DNA of 64,000 nucleotides from Octopus vulgaris. Its lineage: Eukaryota. This document shows positions 14,398-27,399 of the stretch, piece after piece. How positions within the stretch are numbered: the stretch's first letter is position 1; every line of letters begins with the position of its first letter. The notes under the pieces were generated by a model. The model saw only the letters and a program-made list of their open reading frames with translations, made no database searches and had not been told where the DNA came from. Position numbers and translations under genes: made by a program. The stretch covers positions 158,472,001 to 158,536,000 of the forward strand of contig OX597815.1 in assembly GCA_951406725.2 (NCBI GenBank), in the 5' to 3' direction.

Positions 14398-15205
14398 TAT
14401 ATATATATATATAAATATGTGTGTGCATGTGTGCATATGTGTGTGTGTGTAAATATATATGTGTGTGTGAATGTATGCTTGTGAACTCAGATATTATAGC
14501 AGTGTATTTCCCTGAGGTGTTTTCTTTTCCATCTACCATTTGTAAATTATATATAACCAATTCAAATTCTGTGTATGATTTCCCATATCTAAATTTGATA
14601 CTTCTCTGTTAAGAAAAAATAACTGGAAGCGAATATGATTCGCTAACAAGATCTAAGAAGATGGAAACTTGTTGGAAGTTCATAATTATAAATTGCTAAA
14701 CTTAAGATTTGAAAGAATTAAGATCATATTTATCTTGAAAAAGAGAAGAGAGTTGTGTAAGACGAATTTTCGAGGCAAGAAAACTACTGAAAAACTACTG
14801 TGGGGAAACACTTCTTAGAAGTGGGGACAATAACTGTAAAATAATGAGATTTAATTGGAAGATAAGTCATTAGCTTAATAAGCTTTATCTTCAGAGGGTT
14901 ACATGAAACAATGTTTTGTAGAATAACGACCATGGGAATAATTATCGAATAGTTACAAAGAAGCAATGCTCTGATGATGAGAAAAGGGTTGTAGTTTAGC
15001 TGCCAAAACAGGACCAGATAATATTAGAAACTTACATATAATCTCAATCAAGGAGAGAATGAACAGCGGCATGGATACCAATCTATATGTGACACTAGCT
15101 GCAGTTCAATGATACACACATGAAAAAGTAGAAAGAAGTTATATATATTCGTTGATAAATCCTATATTCATGACCAGTTGGTTTGATTACGAAACTAATC
15201 TCTGT

Positions 15206-15248
<43 letters not shown>

Positions 15249-15322
15249 GACCTTTAATAAATTTCCATTCAATTAGCTTTTCATTCTTCCCATATGAATT
15301 CGTTTTATATTCTGACATTCTC

Positions 15323-15394
<72 letters not shown>

Positions 15395-15777
15395 GGCGGT
15401 GAGCTGGAAGAATCGTTAGCACGCCGGACGAAATGCTTAGCGGTATTTCGTCTGCGTTACGTTGTGAGTTCAAATTCCGCCGAGGTCGACTTTGCCTTTC
15501 ATCCTTTCGGGGTCGATAAATTAAGTACCAGTTACACACTGGGGTCGATGTAATCGACTTAATACCTATGTCTGCCCTTGTTTGTCCTTTCTGTGTTTAG
15601 CCCCTTGTGGGTAATAAAGAAATAGGTATTTCGTCAGGCTTCGCGTTCTGAGTCCAATGCCGGCGGGGTCGAATTTACCTTTCATCCTTTCGGGATCAAT
15701 AAATTAAGTACCAGTTACGCACTGAGGTCAATGTAATCGACTCATCCCCTCCCCTAAAATTTCCTATTGCAGAAAGA

Positions 15778-15778
<1 letters not shown>
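15395..15778 (+). mobile_element. tRNA-SINE family B with duplicated core (Meta/MESC-domain-like), between (TTA)n tracts
   Basis: A-box-like GAGCTGGAAGAATCG, B box GAGTTCAAATTC, and core CCTTTCATCCTTTCGGG.TC.ATAAATTAAGTACCAG present twice (~15495 and ~15678). Domain assignment is from recollection. Confidence 0.8.
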
Positions 15779-15819
<41 letters not shown>

Positions 15820-15867
15820 GTTATTAATATTATTATCATTATTATCATTATTATCATTATCATCATT

Positions 15868-15918
<51 letters not shown>

Positions 15919-16379
15919 GAGTGAGAGAGCAGTTCATGCCATCAAAGTGACACTGGGGTAAAATATACGAAGCCCAATATACCCATCATGACTACCCGTC
16001 TGATAAAGGTACAACAGGCACATGCATCACAACCATATGTGCGCGACATGGTGATCTCATATCAAGATAAACAGCACATGACCTTGCAGGTGGGGCCCAG
16101 TTAGAATTTTCTTCAGGTTGAGTAGCCCATCCCGCTCAAACGGTCCCTGAATAAGGGTGGTTTAAGGATGTTGAAAGAACCACCCATGTTTCCAGAGGTG
16201 AACTATTCAAACCCCAAAGAATCCCTCTCAACACATGGCTATGATACTCCCCCACTACTTCTGCTCGTGATCAGAGATGCACATATCGTCAGCCACTAAG
16301 GGACATGCTCAACTGGTTAAGGTCAAACAACTGACAAGCAAATCTGTGGTATTGAGCAGAATATTTGCTGTAGCCCATC

Positions 16380-16383
<4 letters not shown>
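15919..16383. mobile_element. Unclassified non-coding insert between (TTA)n tracts
   Basis: Sharply bounded, more GC-rich 465-bp block flanked on both sides by (TTA)n; no credible ORF. Confidence 0.5.
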
Positions 16384-16439
<56 letters not shown>

Positions 16440-16485
16440 CATCATTATTATCATTATTATTATTATCATCATCATTATTATCATT

Positions 16486-16517
<32 letters not shown>

Positions 16518-16531
16518 CATCATCATTATTA

Positions 16532-16619
<88 letters not shown>

Positions 16620-16656
16620 CATCATCATTATTATCATCATCATTATTATCATTATT

Positions 16657-16707
<51 letters not shown>
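16384..16707. repeat. (TTA)n/(TCA)n microsatellite
   Basis: Directly visible. Confidence 0.95.
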
Positions 16708-18056
16708 GCCTTTGCACAACATCTAATGCTGGAGATGTACTACGGTGTCAGCTGCTCACTTCCAGTGAGCCACTAACCCAAGGGGATGTAAATAAACCAA
16801 CACTACTTGTTAAACAGTGATAAGGAGAAAACATAAACAAATACACACTCACTCATACGCACACAAACGCAGATGTTCTGTTAGAACAAACTACAAGTCA
16901 ATATGAGAGTTTCTCTCGTGGTGTCTACAGCAGTATAGTTTGTTCTAACAGAACACCCACGTTTAAGTGGGGATAAATATCATCTATCAAGTTGTAAAAT
17001 GAAAACGGGACCTAGCTCGATGATATTTGAACTCAGAATGTAAAAGATTTTACTTAAATATAATGCAAGTATTTTGTTCGTCGTTCTCAAAGACATTGCC
17101 AATCCGCAGCTCAGTAGCATACTCATAGCTAGTTATGCTGTGACAAGACCATAAATTTGTTGGAGAAAGATATGTGCCTTTGAGTCGATCTCAGCGAATG
17201 ATTTGTACCCTTTTAATCAAACTTCTTTGAATCGTAATCCCTTGCAGAGTTCGAACCTCCTGGACCATATCCCTGCTCACTACTGTTCGGGCAGAGATTG
17301 TTGTCCGCAAGTACGAGACCCGTGAGTCTGAGTGACTGTTCCACCGCATCTCTCTCTCTCTATCCTCCGGGGCAAAACCTTTTCTATTTTGTTTGCTGGT
17401 ACCATGAGAAATGTTGAATTATGATAGAAGAATGTGGCCTTTACTTCGGACATATAGTATCGTTATAGTTAAGTGACTAGAAGTGGGGTTTTTTCCCAGT
17501 GCTTGCTTTATACACACGCACTTATTTATATAAACATACATGCATCCATATACGTCTTTTGACACCTTAAAGATATCTCTGAATACAAACACTTATTTTA
17601 ACATATCCCCACGCCTTCACTAACTTAAACCATAACAAGAATGGTTTTAATTTCTACAACATGTTGCAGTAAATTATAAATATATTCATTATTTTATCAA
17701 ACAAACTTTGTAGAGCACTTTGTGGCGAGGATGAATTCCTTTGCACTTAGCTACATGTACAATATTAAAATAGGGTCAACGAAGATATTTGTAGTGAAGT
17801 GTATTCACAGTTGGAAACTGGGGTCGTTGAATACATGATTTTTGTGTGTTTTTTTGTTTTGTTTCGTTCATGAAGAAAAGGGGAAATGTGTAGATGTTAA
17901 CAGCACACCTGTCAAGCAATGCGTACTCTAGCAGCGATGCATAACATCCTTTAGGTATTAAAGTACATTTCGAATATTTAAGATAAGATGTGTGCGCATG
18001 TGTGTCTGTATGTATGTATGTGTGTATGTATGTATGTATGTATGTATGTATGTATG

Positions 18057-18090
<34 letters not shown>

Positions 18091-18309
18091 TGTATGTATG
18101 TATGTATGTATGTGTGTATGTATGTATATATGTATGTATGTATCTATGAATGAATATATATATATATATATATATGTATATAAAGAGAGAGAAATACATT
18201 CATAAATATGTACATATATACAAGCGTTTATTTAAACATATATGTATGCAGTTATACGTGTGTGCGTGTAAGCAAGTATATGTGCATACATATACGTGTA
18301 CGCTTATGC

Positions 18310-18358
<49 letters not shown>

Positions 18359-18367
18359 ATATATATC

Positions 18368-18557
18368 CAGTAATCTCTCGACTATCACGGGTGTTGCGTT
18401 CCAAAACTTCCCTCAGAAGTAATTAAAATATAAAAAAATATGAATAGCTATCGGGCGCAGAAACCCGCGATATACTAAGTGAATTAAGTGCATGATAGGT
18501 GAGCCACGATGTACTGAGTGCGCGATAAGAGAACCGCGATATGACGAGGGATTACTG
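18368..18557. mobile_element. Tc1/mariner (pogo/Tigger-like) MITE
   Basis: TIRs CAGTAATCTCTCG / CGAGGGATTACTG followed by TA; lies in (TA)n context. Confidence 0.75.
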
Positions 18558-18579
18558 TATATGCATATATATATATATA

Positions 18580-19612
18580 CTCGCATTAAAGACCCGTCGT
18601 TGCCGGGTCATAGTGCTAGTGCATGTATATATGTGTATATATATGTGTACATATTACATGTACATCTATATATATATATATACATCTACACATAAAATGC
18701 AAAATACAAAGTTATATCTTGATATCGCTAGTGATAACATTACTCAAAATATATAACAGACTGGAATTGTTAGCCCATCTCTTGTAATTTCGATCAATTG
18801 TATCTTGCCCCCCCCTCTTGTATAGAAGTGTGGCTACAATCCAGCCTACCTCTACTTCGGGGGGGGGGGGGTCATTAAAAATTTTTTTCCGGGACGTTCT
18901 ATGTCCCAGATATAAAGGTAAAAATAAAATATTTCCACTTTTACAAGTTCGAGTCGAGTACTCCCTTGCACGCCCCGTTGACTCGAACCTTCCTTCTATT
19001 GTGGCGAATTTACCGCCTCTGATTAGATACCTTTCATAGTCGCACCAAGACACTTTTCGAAGGTGTTCAAATCTTTTTTTTTCTCTACATTGTATACTTT
19101 ATAGACAATAGTCTTTTCTTTAATTTAATTTTTTTTTATCCATCTGGACTATTCCATTTCTGCACGCTAATTTTATTTTTAATTTATTCCCATTCATGTG
19201 AAACCACTTATTCAAGTTCAAGTCATTGATTCAATTTTATACCAATTGCTATTTTTACTTTTGTTATGTTACGATTATATTATACTTTAGTTTGATTTTA
19301 ATTATTTCTTACTACATATAATTCAATTGTTATTATTTTTATTGTTAAAGTGAAAGTATCTGACATAAAATAAAGAAACGTTTTTGTTTCACTTTTTAAC
19401 ACGTAATACTGAAATAGTGGAGAAGATATGATATTGCTATGGGCTCGCTCTAGGCAAGAAGTTGAACATATTTGTTTTGCCTATGAAACTATGACACTCC
19501 CCAGACCCTAAGTAAGGCATGTGTAAAATTTGAATGAAATTGGCTGTATAGTTCTCAAGTTTTAGGGAAACACACAGACAGACAGACACACATTCTCAGT
19601 TTTATATATATA
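18580..19612 (-). mobile_element. Non-autonomous Helitron-like element
   Basis: Minus-strand 5' end TATATATAAAACTGAGAATGTGTGTCTGTCTG resembles the other Helitron heads here; hairpin GACCCGGCAACGACGGGTC near 18591-18609. Confidence 0.6.
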
Positions 19613-19635
19613 AAAAAAAAAATATATATATATAT

Positions 19636-19827
19636 AGGGGGAGATTTAAAAAAAAACAAATGACGAGGACAGGTGGTATGGACAACAAACAGATGTATTA
19701 GTATAACGCTCGGGATGTGAAAAAGTATTTAACGTTTCGAGCCTACGCTCTTCTACAGAAAGGAACACAGAAAGAAACAAGGAGAGAAAATAAAGAATAT
19801 GTAGTGGCTAGCGATCTATCATGGCGC
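19636..19827 (-). mobile_element. Short (TA)n-adjacent element with minimal hammerhead-like motif (putative PLE pLTR relic)
   Basis: Minus strand 19762-19728 reads CUUU-CUGUAGA-A-GAGC-GUAG-GCUC-GAAAC-GUU-AAA; collinear with 36856-37068. Confidence 0.55.
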
Positions 19828-20234
19828 ACTGCTGGCGTATACCATTTATAGTCATGTAGTCTGCAGTATGCTTCCATGCTGAATCTACTACTCTTTTATA
19901 ACTACTACTCAAAATTACACATACAAACCTTAGATAATTTTTGATATTTTAAACACTGTTATTTCCAGATTATCTCAGAACACTGCAAGAACCGAATTAT
20001 GAAAACGAAAGCCAGTGTCAGTTAATTATTAATCTTTAATCTATCTCTATATAAAATTCTTTGTCTGTCTGTCTGTTCCCCATGCATTCTCAAACGGCTC
20101 CATCAAATCAAATCAAATTTTAAAAGGCAATAGTATTACACCCTGCGAGTATCGACATGTAATTTTTTTCATTTGCATTTTTTAAAACGATATAACATTT
20201 TCTCGGAAATAACTTTTCTATAGTCGACTATAAA

Positions 20235-20620
20235 GCAGGATATTTTATATAACGACGACGACGCTACATTTTGTATATGAGTGTGTATCTGTCTGTGACT
20301 GTGTGTTTGCGCGTTCGTTACGTAGGAGATAGTAAAGGACATTTTATACGACGACGACACATTTTGTATATAAGTGTGTATGTATCCGTCTGTGTGTGTT
20401 GCTTAAACCTTCATGATGTACGACATAGCAAATGACATTTTATATCACGATAATGACAATACATTTTGTATATGAGTGTATATGTGTCTGAGAGTGTGTG
20501 TGTGTTTGCTCGTTCTTTACGTACCACATATTAAAGGATATTTTATACCATGACGACGACGGCACATTTTGTATATGTGTATGTATCTGTGAGTGTGTGT
20601 TTGCGCGTTCGTTACGTAAA
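20235..20620. repeat. ~100-bp tandem repeat (4 units) inside the Helitron
   Basis: GA(T/C)ATTTTATA..ACGACGAC..ACATTTTGTATAT..GTGT recurs near 20237, 20336, 20433 and 20536. Confidence 0.8.
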
Positions 20621-20719
20621 TGTATGTCTGTGTGTGTCTGTCTTAGTATATGTATGTGAATGCATATGAGAGAGTATGTGTGTGTCAATGTATGTGTGTG
20701 AGTGTATGTGTGACTGTCA

Positions 20720-21353
20720 ATTACACTGACATAAACTGGCTACGTGAAAGTGCTATACTGGTTCCAACAAATGAAATGGTTGATAAACTCAATCATGAAT
20801 TTCAAAAGTTAACAGATACATTAGAAATGACTTTTCTATCAATTCTCACAGCAGCCGATCAAGATCAGGCTGTTCGATACTCTGCTGAATTTCTGAATAC
20901 GCTTAAACTCACTGGGATACCACCGCATAACTTGACACTAAGCTGGATGCTCCCATTATGCTGCATAGGAATCTTGACCCACATCATCTGTGTAATGGAA
21001 CTTGTTAAATTGTTTCTTCCATGAAATCCCATATCCTACAAGTAACAATCATAATAGGTAGTCACAAAGGAAAACTGTCTTTATTCCAAAAATTTTCTCT
21101 CGTACCTATAGTTGTTCCATTTGAATTTAAGAAGCCTCAGTTTCCAGTCAAACTAAGTTATGGTATTTCAATTAACAAATCTCAGAGTCAATCCCTCAAG
21201 GTAGTTGGACTTCATCTCTCTGCTACATGCTTCTCCCGTGGCCAACTCTATGTTGGTTGCTCACGAGTTGGAAACCGCAACAGTTTATTCATTTAGACAC
21301 CAACAAATAATTAGACAATGAATATTGTTTACCCTGTGGTGCTTCAAGATTGA
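20720..21353 (+). pseudogene. Helitron PIF1-like helicase C-terminus, frameshifted
   Basis: WLRESAILVPTN, YSAEFLNTLKLTGIPPHNLTL, QFPVKLSYGISINKSQSQSL and CFSRGQLYVGCSRVG in ORFs 20650 and 21021. Confidence 0.9.
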
Positions 21354-21665
21354 CAGACTTTTCATTTCTAAATTCTATTATCATTACAATTTGGATATTT
21401 TTCTATAAAATATAGATATTTTGAAATAATTATGAGAGAGAAAAATATATCTTCATATTTATTGTTTACTAATTTGAATAAGAACAGCAATATCTCGAGC
21501 AACGCCGGGTGATTTAGCTAGTTTTGAATAAATTTATGCATACAGCTTCTCACTTTAAAACGTACGCAGGATGAGCGCTAATATAATGCTACTTGCCTTT
21601 CACACAGTATTTTTGTCTCCCTTTATCTCGCCTCTCGGTTGTAGAACATGTAATGTTATGTCAGA

Positions 21666-21927
21666 TTATTTATTTATTTATGCGCCCTTTTCAAGCCTAG
21701 CCAGGCTCATGGACCCGTTTTCCCAGTTTCTGTGGCGTTTGTGCCCCCCCTCCCAGCCAGTCCATCGCAGCGTTACTCAAGAAACAGGAAGAAAGTTGGG
21801 GCGAAAGCGTTAAACAGGGGTCGCCACCACCCACTGCGGAGCCTCGTGGAGCTTTTAGGTGTTTTCGCTCAATAAACACACACAACGCGAGTTCGCTGTC
21901 CTAACCAGTGCGCCACTGCGCCTCCAC
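21666..21927 (-). mobile_element. tRNA-SINE family C variant with 14-bp TSD
   Basis: Head GTGGAGGCGCAGTGGC; 3' end shared with the 62571 copy; TSD AATGTTATGTCAGA at 21652-21665 and 21928-21941. Confidence 0.85.
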
Positions 21928-23100
21928 AATGTTATGTCAGAACAATTACTATAATATTTCATAAGAAAATGACCGGATAACTTTATACATTAGGATTCAT
22001 AATTGTATTAATGAAAACATTTGCAATGATTTCTATTCAGAGATTTGGAAGTAAAACAAACAACAACAAAGTTACTAAAATCGAATTAATACTAAATAAT
22101 TTTATTTTCTTCTCTCAGTCTTTTAACATTGAAACTGGTTATATCTGTTCCAAAGATTCTACTTGTTTTATGTTCAAATGTCCAGGTCTGGTCTCTCGCA
22201 CCTTCACTATCATGTCATTGTAAAAAAAAAAAAAATAAAATATACGATTACATCATCGAAATCTCGATGCTGCAACATAACGAACGACCATTTGAAAACA
22301 ATGTGAATAATAATCGTTACACATGGCAGAGTAATTTGAATGTTAAAGAGTTAAATTTTCAATCTCAAATCACTCTTTTCGAACAGGAAGTTAGCGGGAC
22401 ATAGGTAAACAGAAAGAGATAGAAAACAAAACTGAAGTGGACAACTGCCAATTGAGAAAGCCCGACAGCTGAGCTACTATTTGACATCCGCCTCCGAAAG
22501 AGGCAGTCGAAATATAGCCACTTCATTATACTCTCCTTCACTTTCTACCTTTCTGTCTCTCTCTTAACCCCTCACTTTGTCTATATTCCTTTGATTTCAC
22601 ATCTAAAATGTGTCATAAAAATAAAAAAAAGTTCGTCAACAATCATGCTATGTTTATTAAATCACATCGTTGCGTTTTCGAATGTGTTAAAATTTTAAGT
22701 GATATAATCTTTTAAATTCACCTCAAATTATAGTGGTCCACGTGCCTCAAATAAGTAGTAGACTGTGATACATTTCACATAATTCATCTTAACTAATCCA
22801 CAAAATGAAGCTTTTATTGCAAACGTGCCCAGCAAATAATTCAAACATAAAATCAAAGCTATAGCAACTATATGGGAAAAGTGGTACAGAAATTGACGAA
22901 TTGCAAAAGTAAAAAAAACAAACAAATATTTTGATATATATATATATATATACTACTAATGTAGGCTAAAATTTTTTCCACATTTCAGCACAACGTGTAT
23001 TTATAGAGAATGTGTAATTAAATGTGGAAATTGACGATTAAAAGTCTGTTATCAGCATATTGGCATAGAAATAATTTTTTCTTTTGCCCTTGCAAATACG

Positions 23101-23144
<44 letters not shown>

Positions 23145-24617
23145 ATATGTGTATATGTATATACATATAATACAGTTTCGTAATCTATGAACTATCAAAG
23201 GCATTACCGTGATATCAATCGTTATTGTGGGGTGAAATTTAAATTCCATGCTCCCTATGTTACCTAACGAATTGAGAAAACGATGTCGATATTTCTCCTG
23301 TCTTTGATCTAAATGAGTGAATATGTTGTTTGTAAATGTCACTTCAAAGTGTTTATATATCGCTTGAGATGCTTGATACACAACCGTTTCATAGAGACCG
23401 TTTCATATGGTCACATCTGAAACACGTTTATTCATAGTTCTGATAAGTCCGAACTGATTTGAGATTAAATAATAACTCGCGATGATGTTTTGCAAACGAC
23501 TTGCACATGCAAGTTCTCCCAGTCGAGAGCTCCGCATACCGGAAGGCAACAAGTGTATGGGGTCATCAGGAGAGAATGTGCGTCGTTTCGAGGCTTACCT
23601 CTCGACGGCATCAATGTGCACCGGCCCCCTCACTGATATGAGGCCCCGCTTGCTATATCAGCTGGTTATCAAATAAAGCTCAAAATTCTTTTAGCCATCG
23701 CTCATCGTCTCTTTTTACCCAAATCCAGCGGCTAGTCTTTACCACTGTAGTTTGGATATTGGTCATGGTGGTATTTACTTTACGATTAGTTAGGCCTAAC
23801 ATTAACAACAGTCGTATCTATTTAAAAAGGTCAATTTTAATCTCTAATCTTTTGTTAATGAACTTCTATTTTAATCTTTTTTTAATGAACATCTATTTTA
23901 ATTTTTTTTTTTAACAATGACACAAACTAGATAAATACATCGAAGGAGTTCAGAAAATATTTCTTTATACATTTTCTCTGGTAAAACTAACAAAAATAAA
24001 AAAAATTTTAACATTTTCACGTTAAAATAGGAAATGCTAGTTTTGCAAATGGCGCTGACGCTACACTATTTAAGAAATAACGTTCAATTGTAATTTGATA
24101 GGTACGTCAGTGTAACAGAAGATAATTGAGAGAGATTTTATCATCTCTGCTATAATGATAGTTTAATGCTCTCTGATATTTAGAGATTAACTCTCTCTTT
24201 AACTTAAATCCAACGATTTCATGGTTTGTGAGCGAATAATTCTCATTAACTTCACGCTGTTGTGTTTGAGACGAAGTAGTGTGGTCAGGCAACGAAATTT
24301 GCAGTTTTTAAGTCACATTTAGAGAGTTTAGAACCTAAAGAAGAGCTAAAGCTAAAAAAACGAAATATTTTTTTAAAATATATTATGCTAACAAATTGTA
24401 ATTTAAATCTAAGCATAATTTGTGAAAAACTATCTAGCACATTTAAACCCGGGTGCAAATTTTTTAAAACAGACACGATAATAAAATGACTGTTAAATGC
24501 TGAAATAGGATTATTTTCCCACTTCCTCACACTCAATCTGCTCGTCTGCCATTCTGATTGTCTCGCGATATGTTCACTGCTGTACTCACTATGTGTATGT
24601 ATGTATATATGCATGTG

Positions 24618-24679
<62 letters not shown>

Positions 24680-24710
24680 CAATTCCTAATAATATATCTT
24701 TTATCTTCTT

Positions 24711-24949
24711 TCTTTTACTTGTTTCAGTCATTTGACAATGGCCACACTAAGGCACCGGCTTGAAAGGTTTTACTCGAATAAGTCACCCACAGGGCTTAAT
24801 TTTATTAAGCCTAGTACTTATTCTATCAGTTTATTTTGCTGAACCGCTAAGTTACAGGAACATGAACACACCAACACCGATTGTCAAGTGTTGATGAGGG
24901 ACAAACACAGACACAATGACATACACGCACATAGATATATACATACACG

Positions 24950-24988
<39 letters not shown>

Positions 24989-25150
24989 GACAGGCTTCTT
25001 TCAGTTTTCGTCTACGAAATCCAATCACAAGGCTTTGGTTGGCCCGAGGCTAAAGCAGAAAACACCTGCCAAAAATGCCACGCAGTGGGACTGAACCCGG
25101 AACCTTGTGGTCGGGAAGCAAACTTCTTAGCACACAGCCACGCATGCGCC
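24711..25150 (-). mobile_element. tRNA-SINE family A
   Basis: Full-length reverse-complement match with internal (CA)n(TA)n. Confidence 0.85.
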
Positions 25151-26588
25151 TATAATAGTTAATTATAAAAATTATATAATATTTTTTAAACATCGAATGA
25201 CAACGAGGATCTATCTAAACAGAACAGGAATCAAAGTGGATCTATAGGTAAAAATTGGTTGAGAACCACTGGTTTAAATAAGCAAAGATGTTTGTTCTGC
25301 TTTCATTAGATTCCTCTTTAAAAATGATTCATTTTCGGAGATTATGTATATGACAGATTTCTTTATCAAATTCTAGCTTCCCAATATGCCCTAATGCGGG
25401 CATATACATGTGCCATAAAGTGCCATAAAGTTTCTACGCTCAAATACTGTTCATTGTTTTAGGTAAGGTACGAAACATATGAATATATGCAAACATGTTT
25501 TTAGATAAATTTATTTAAAACTAAAGTATACAAATACATGTATAAGAATACGCATAAATATACATCAGGCAATACACACATAAATTAACATATGTTGCAC
25601 ATGTTTATTTTGGTATAAGCGCTCATGTAAGAATGAAATTTAATGCTGATTAAGGTAATGTTTTAACTAATTACTAAGATTACACTATAATCTATTTCTC
25701 TGCTAAAATCCTAATATTGCTTCTGTTCAACAATTTTGATTATATTTTTTATTTATTGTAGAGTATGGACGCCTTTCACCTTCTAACTGGAAATTAAGAT
25801 TGAAAATTAGAAAACTCGTAAATACGGTTTTTTATCATATCGTTTTCACTATACAAGAAAACCAGATGCTTTCTATAAAATATTAATTTTCAAGGATGGC
25901 ATGAAAAGTCGATTGTAATGAACGTATTCATATTTGCTATTTGAATGACAAAAAGACAGAGCCTAAAGAAAATACCTTGTTGACAATGCTGATATCTGAT
26001 TAACAATTTCAATGATAATATTTGAAATTATAATGTTTTGATAAAAATAGATATGCTAGCCAAAATTTTAGGATAACAGATATCAAAATGTGCCATTTTA
26101 TTTGATGAGTGAAAATGGTAATTTTGAATACTGAAAAAAAAAATATCTGAGATTGGTTCACTTGGAATAATACAGACAGGGGTGAAGCAAAAAAAGAAAT
26201 GAAGAAAAACTGGAAGTTTTAAGGGGGAAAGACTATTAGTGTGCAGTACAGAAACACAGTCAGTTTGTTATGTCAAGCTATTTTGTTTCACCTTCATTCT
26301 TTCATGAATCAATCTCTCTCCCCTCCTCACACGCATATTCTCATTCACATATATTGCTTTACATTTATTAAAACTCAATATTTAAATGTCATGTCTTCAA
26401 AAACCAAGTACTAAGTTATTGAAGATACCGTGGAAAATAAAAGATTATCCTTTCATGATTTCACGTTCAAACTTGTTTATATATATATTTATAGTTAATC
26501 TAAACATGAACAAAGAGAAAAAACAACAACGTGAGGACGTGAAACAAGTACAGTGTTATTGGACGCTCAGCAAAGGAAAGAAAGAAGG

Positions 26589-26627
26589 AGGATTCAACGT
26601 TTCAAGCGGAGCTCTTCGTCAGAAACA
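26589..26627 (-). ncRNA. Minimal type I hammerhead ribozyme motif
   Basis: Minus strand GUUU-CUGACGA-A-GAGC-UCC-GCUU-GAAAC-GUU-GAAU. Canonical core, 4-bp stem II, wobble-containing stem I, loopless stem III. Lies in a ~200-bp element (26492-26700) between TA-rich flanks. Confidence 0.6.
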
Positions 26628-26730
26628 TAGAAAAAGGAAAGGTCCAAGGAAGGGAAGACGGAGAAGGAAAATAGCCAACGATACACACGCGGTCACATAC
26701 GTATATTACATATATATGTATGTATATATA

Positions 26731-26811
<81 letters not shown>

Positions 26812-27399
26812 GTGTGTGTGTTCTTGTTTGTAAAATATTTAGGTAATTGCTCCATAAATCAGGTGTAAATTTTATAGGAATATACATTAAGGTTTATAAA
26901 AATTACAGTTCTCGTTCCCGAACATAACACCTGCAGATTTTAGAACCGTAAACAAATGTAGATGTAAAAAAAAAGTAAGAATAAATTATTTTCTATATTT
27001 CATGAATTTCAAAACCGCATACGAACTTTTTGAGGATATTTTGTTTTTAAGTTAAGAGATATTAGAAACGGCTACGCTAAGTATTATTGTCTCCCGGTAT
27101 TATTATAAACATCCACAGGGATGGCTTCTATGGTTGTGTAATCAGCTAATAAAAGATTCACTATATCTCAATTTCCTAATTCAAATCCATAATGATGGAA
27201 TTAGATGGTGACAGAGAGTCATGAGGGTCCGCGAAAGCAACAGAAAAAATTATTATAGAAAGTACTAGATCATTTTGAATAAACATGATTCATATAAATC
27301 TATAAAAATTTAGATATGAAACAATGGCCAAATAAATTATTTTCTATGGTATGGTCTCCTCTTATTCCAAGACCTCAAAACAATTGCTTGTTAGTTTGT

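Larger units (their letters stand above)
20033..21521 (+). mobile_element. Internally deleted Helitron
   Basis: 5' TC...CTATATAAAA head; PIF1 helicase C-terminal relic; 3' hairpin CTCGAGCAACGCCGGG followed by CTAG|T at 21518-21522. Confidence 0.9.
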
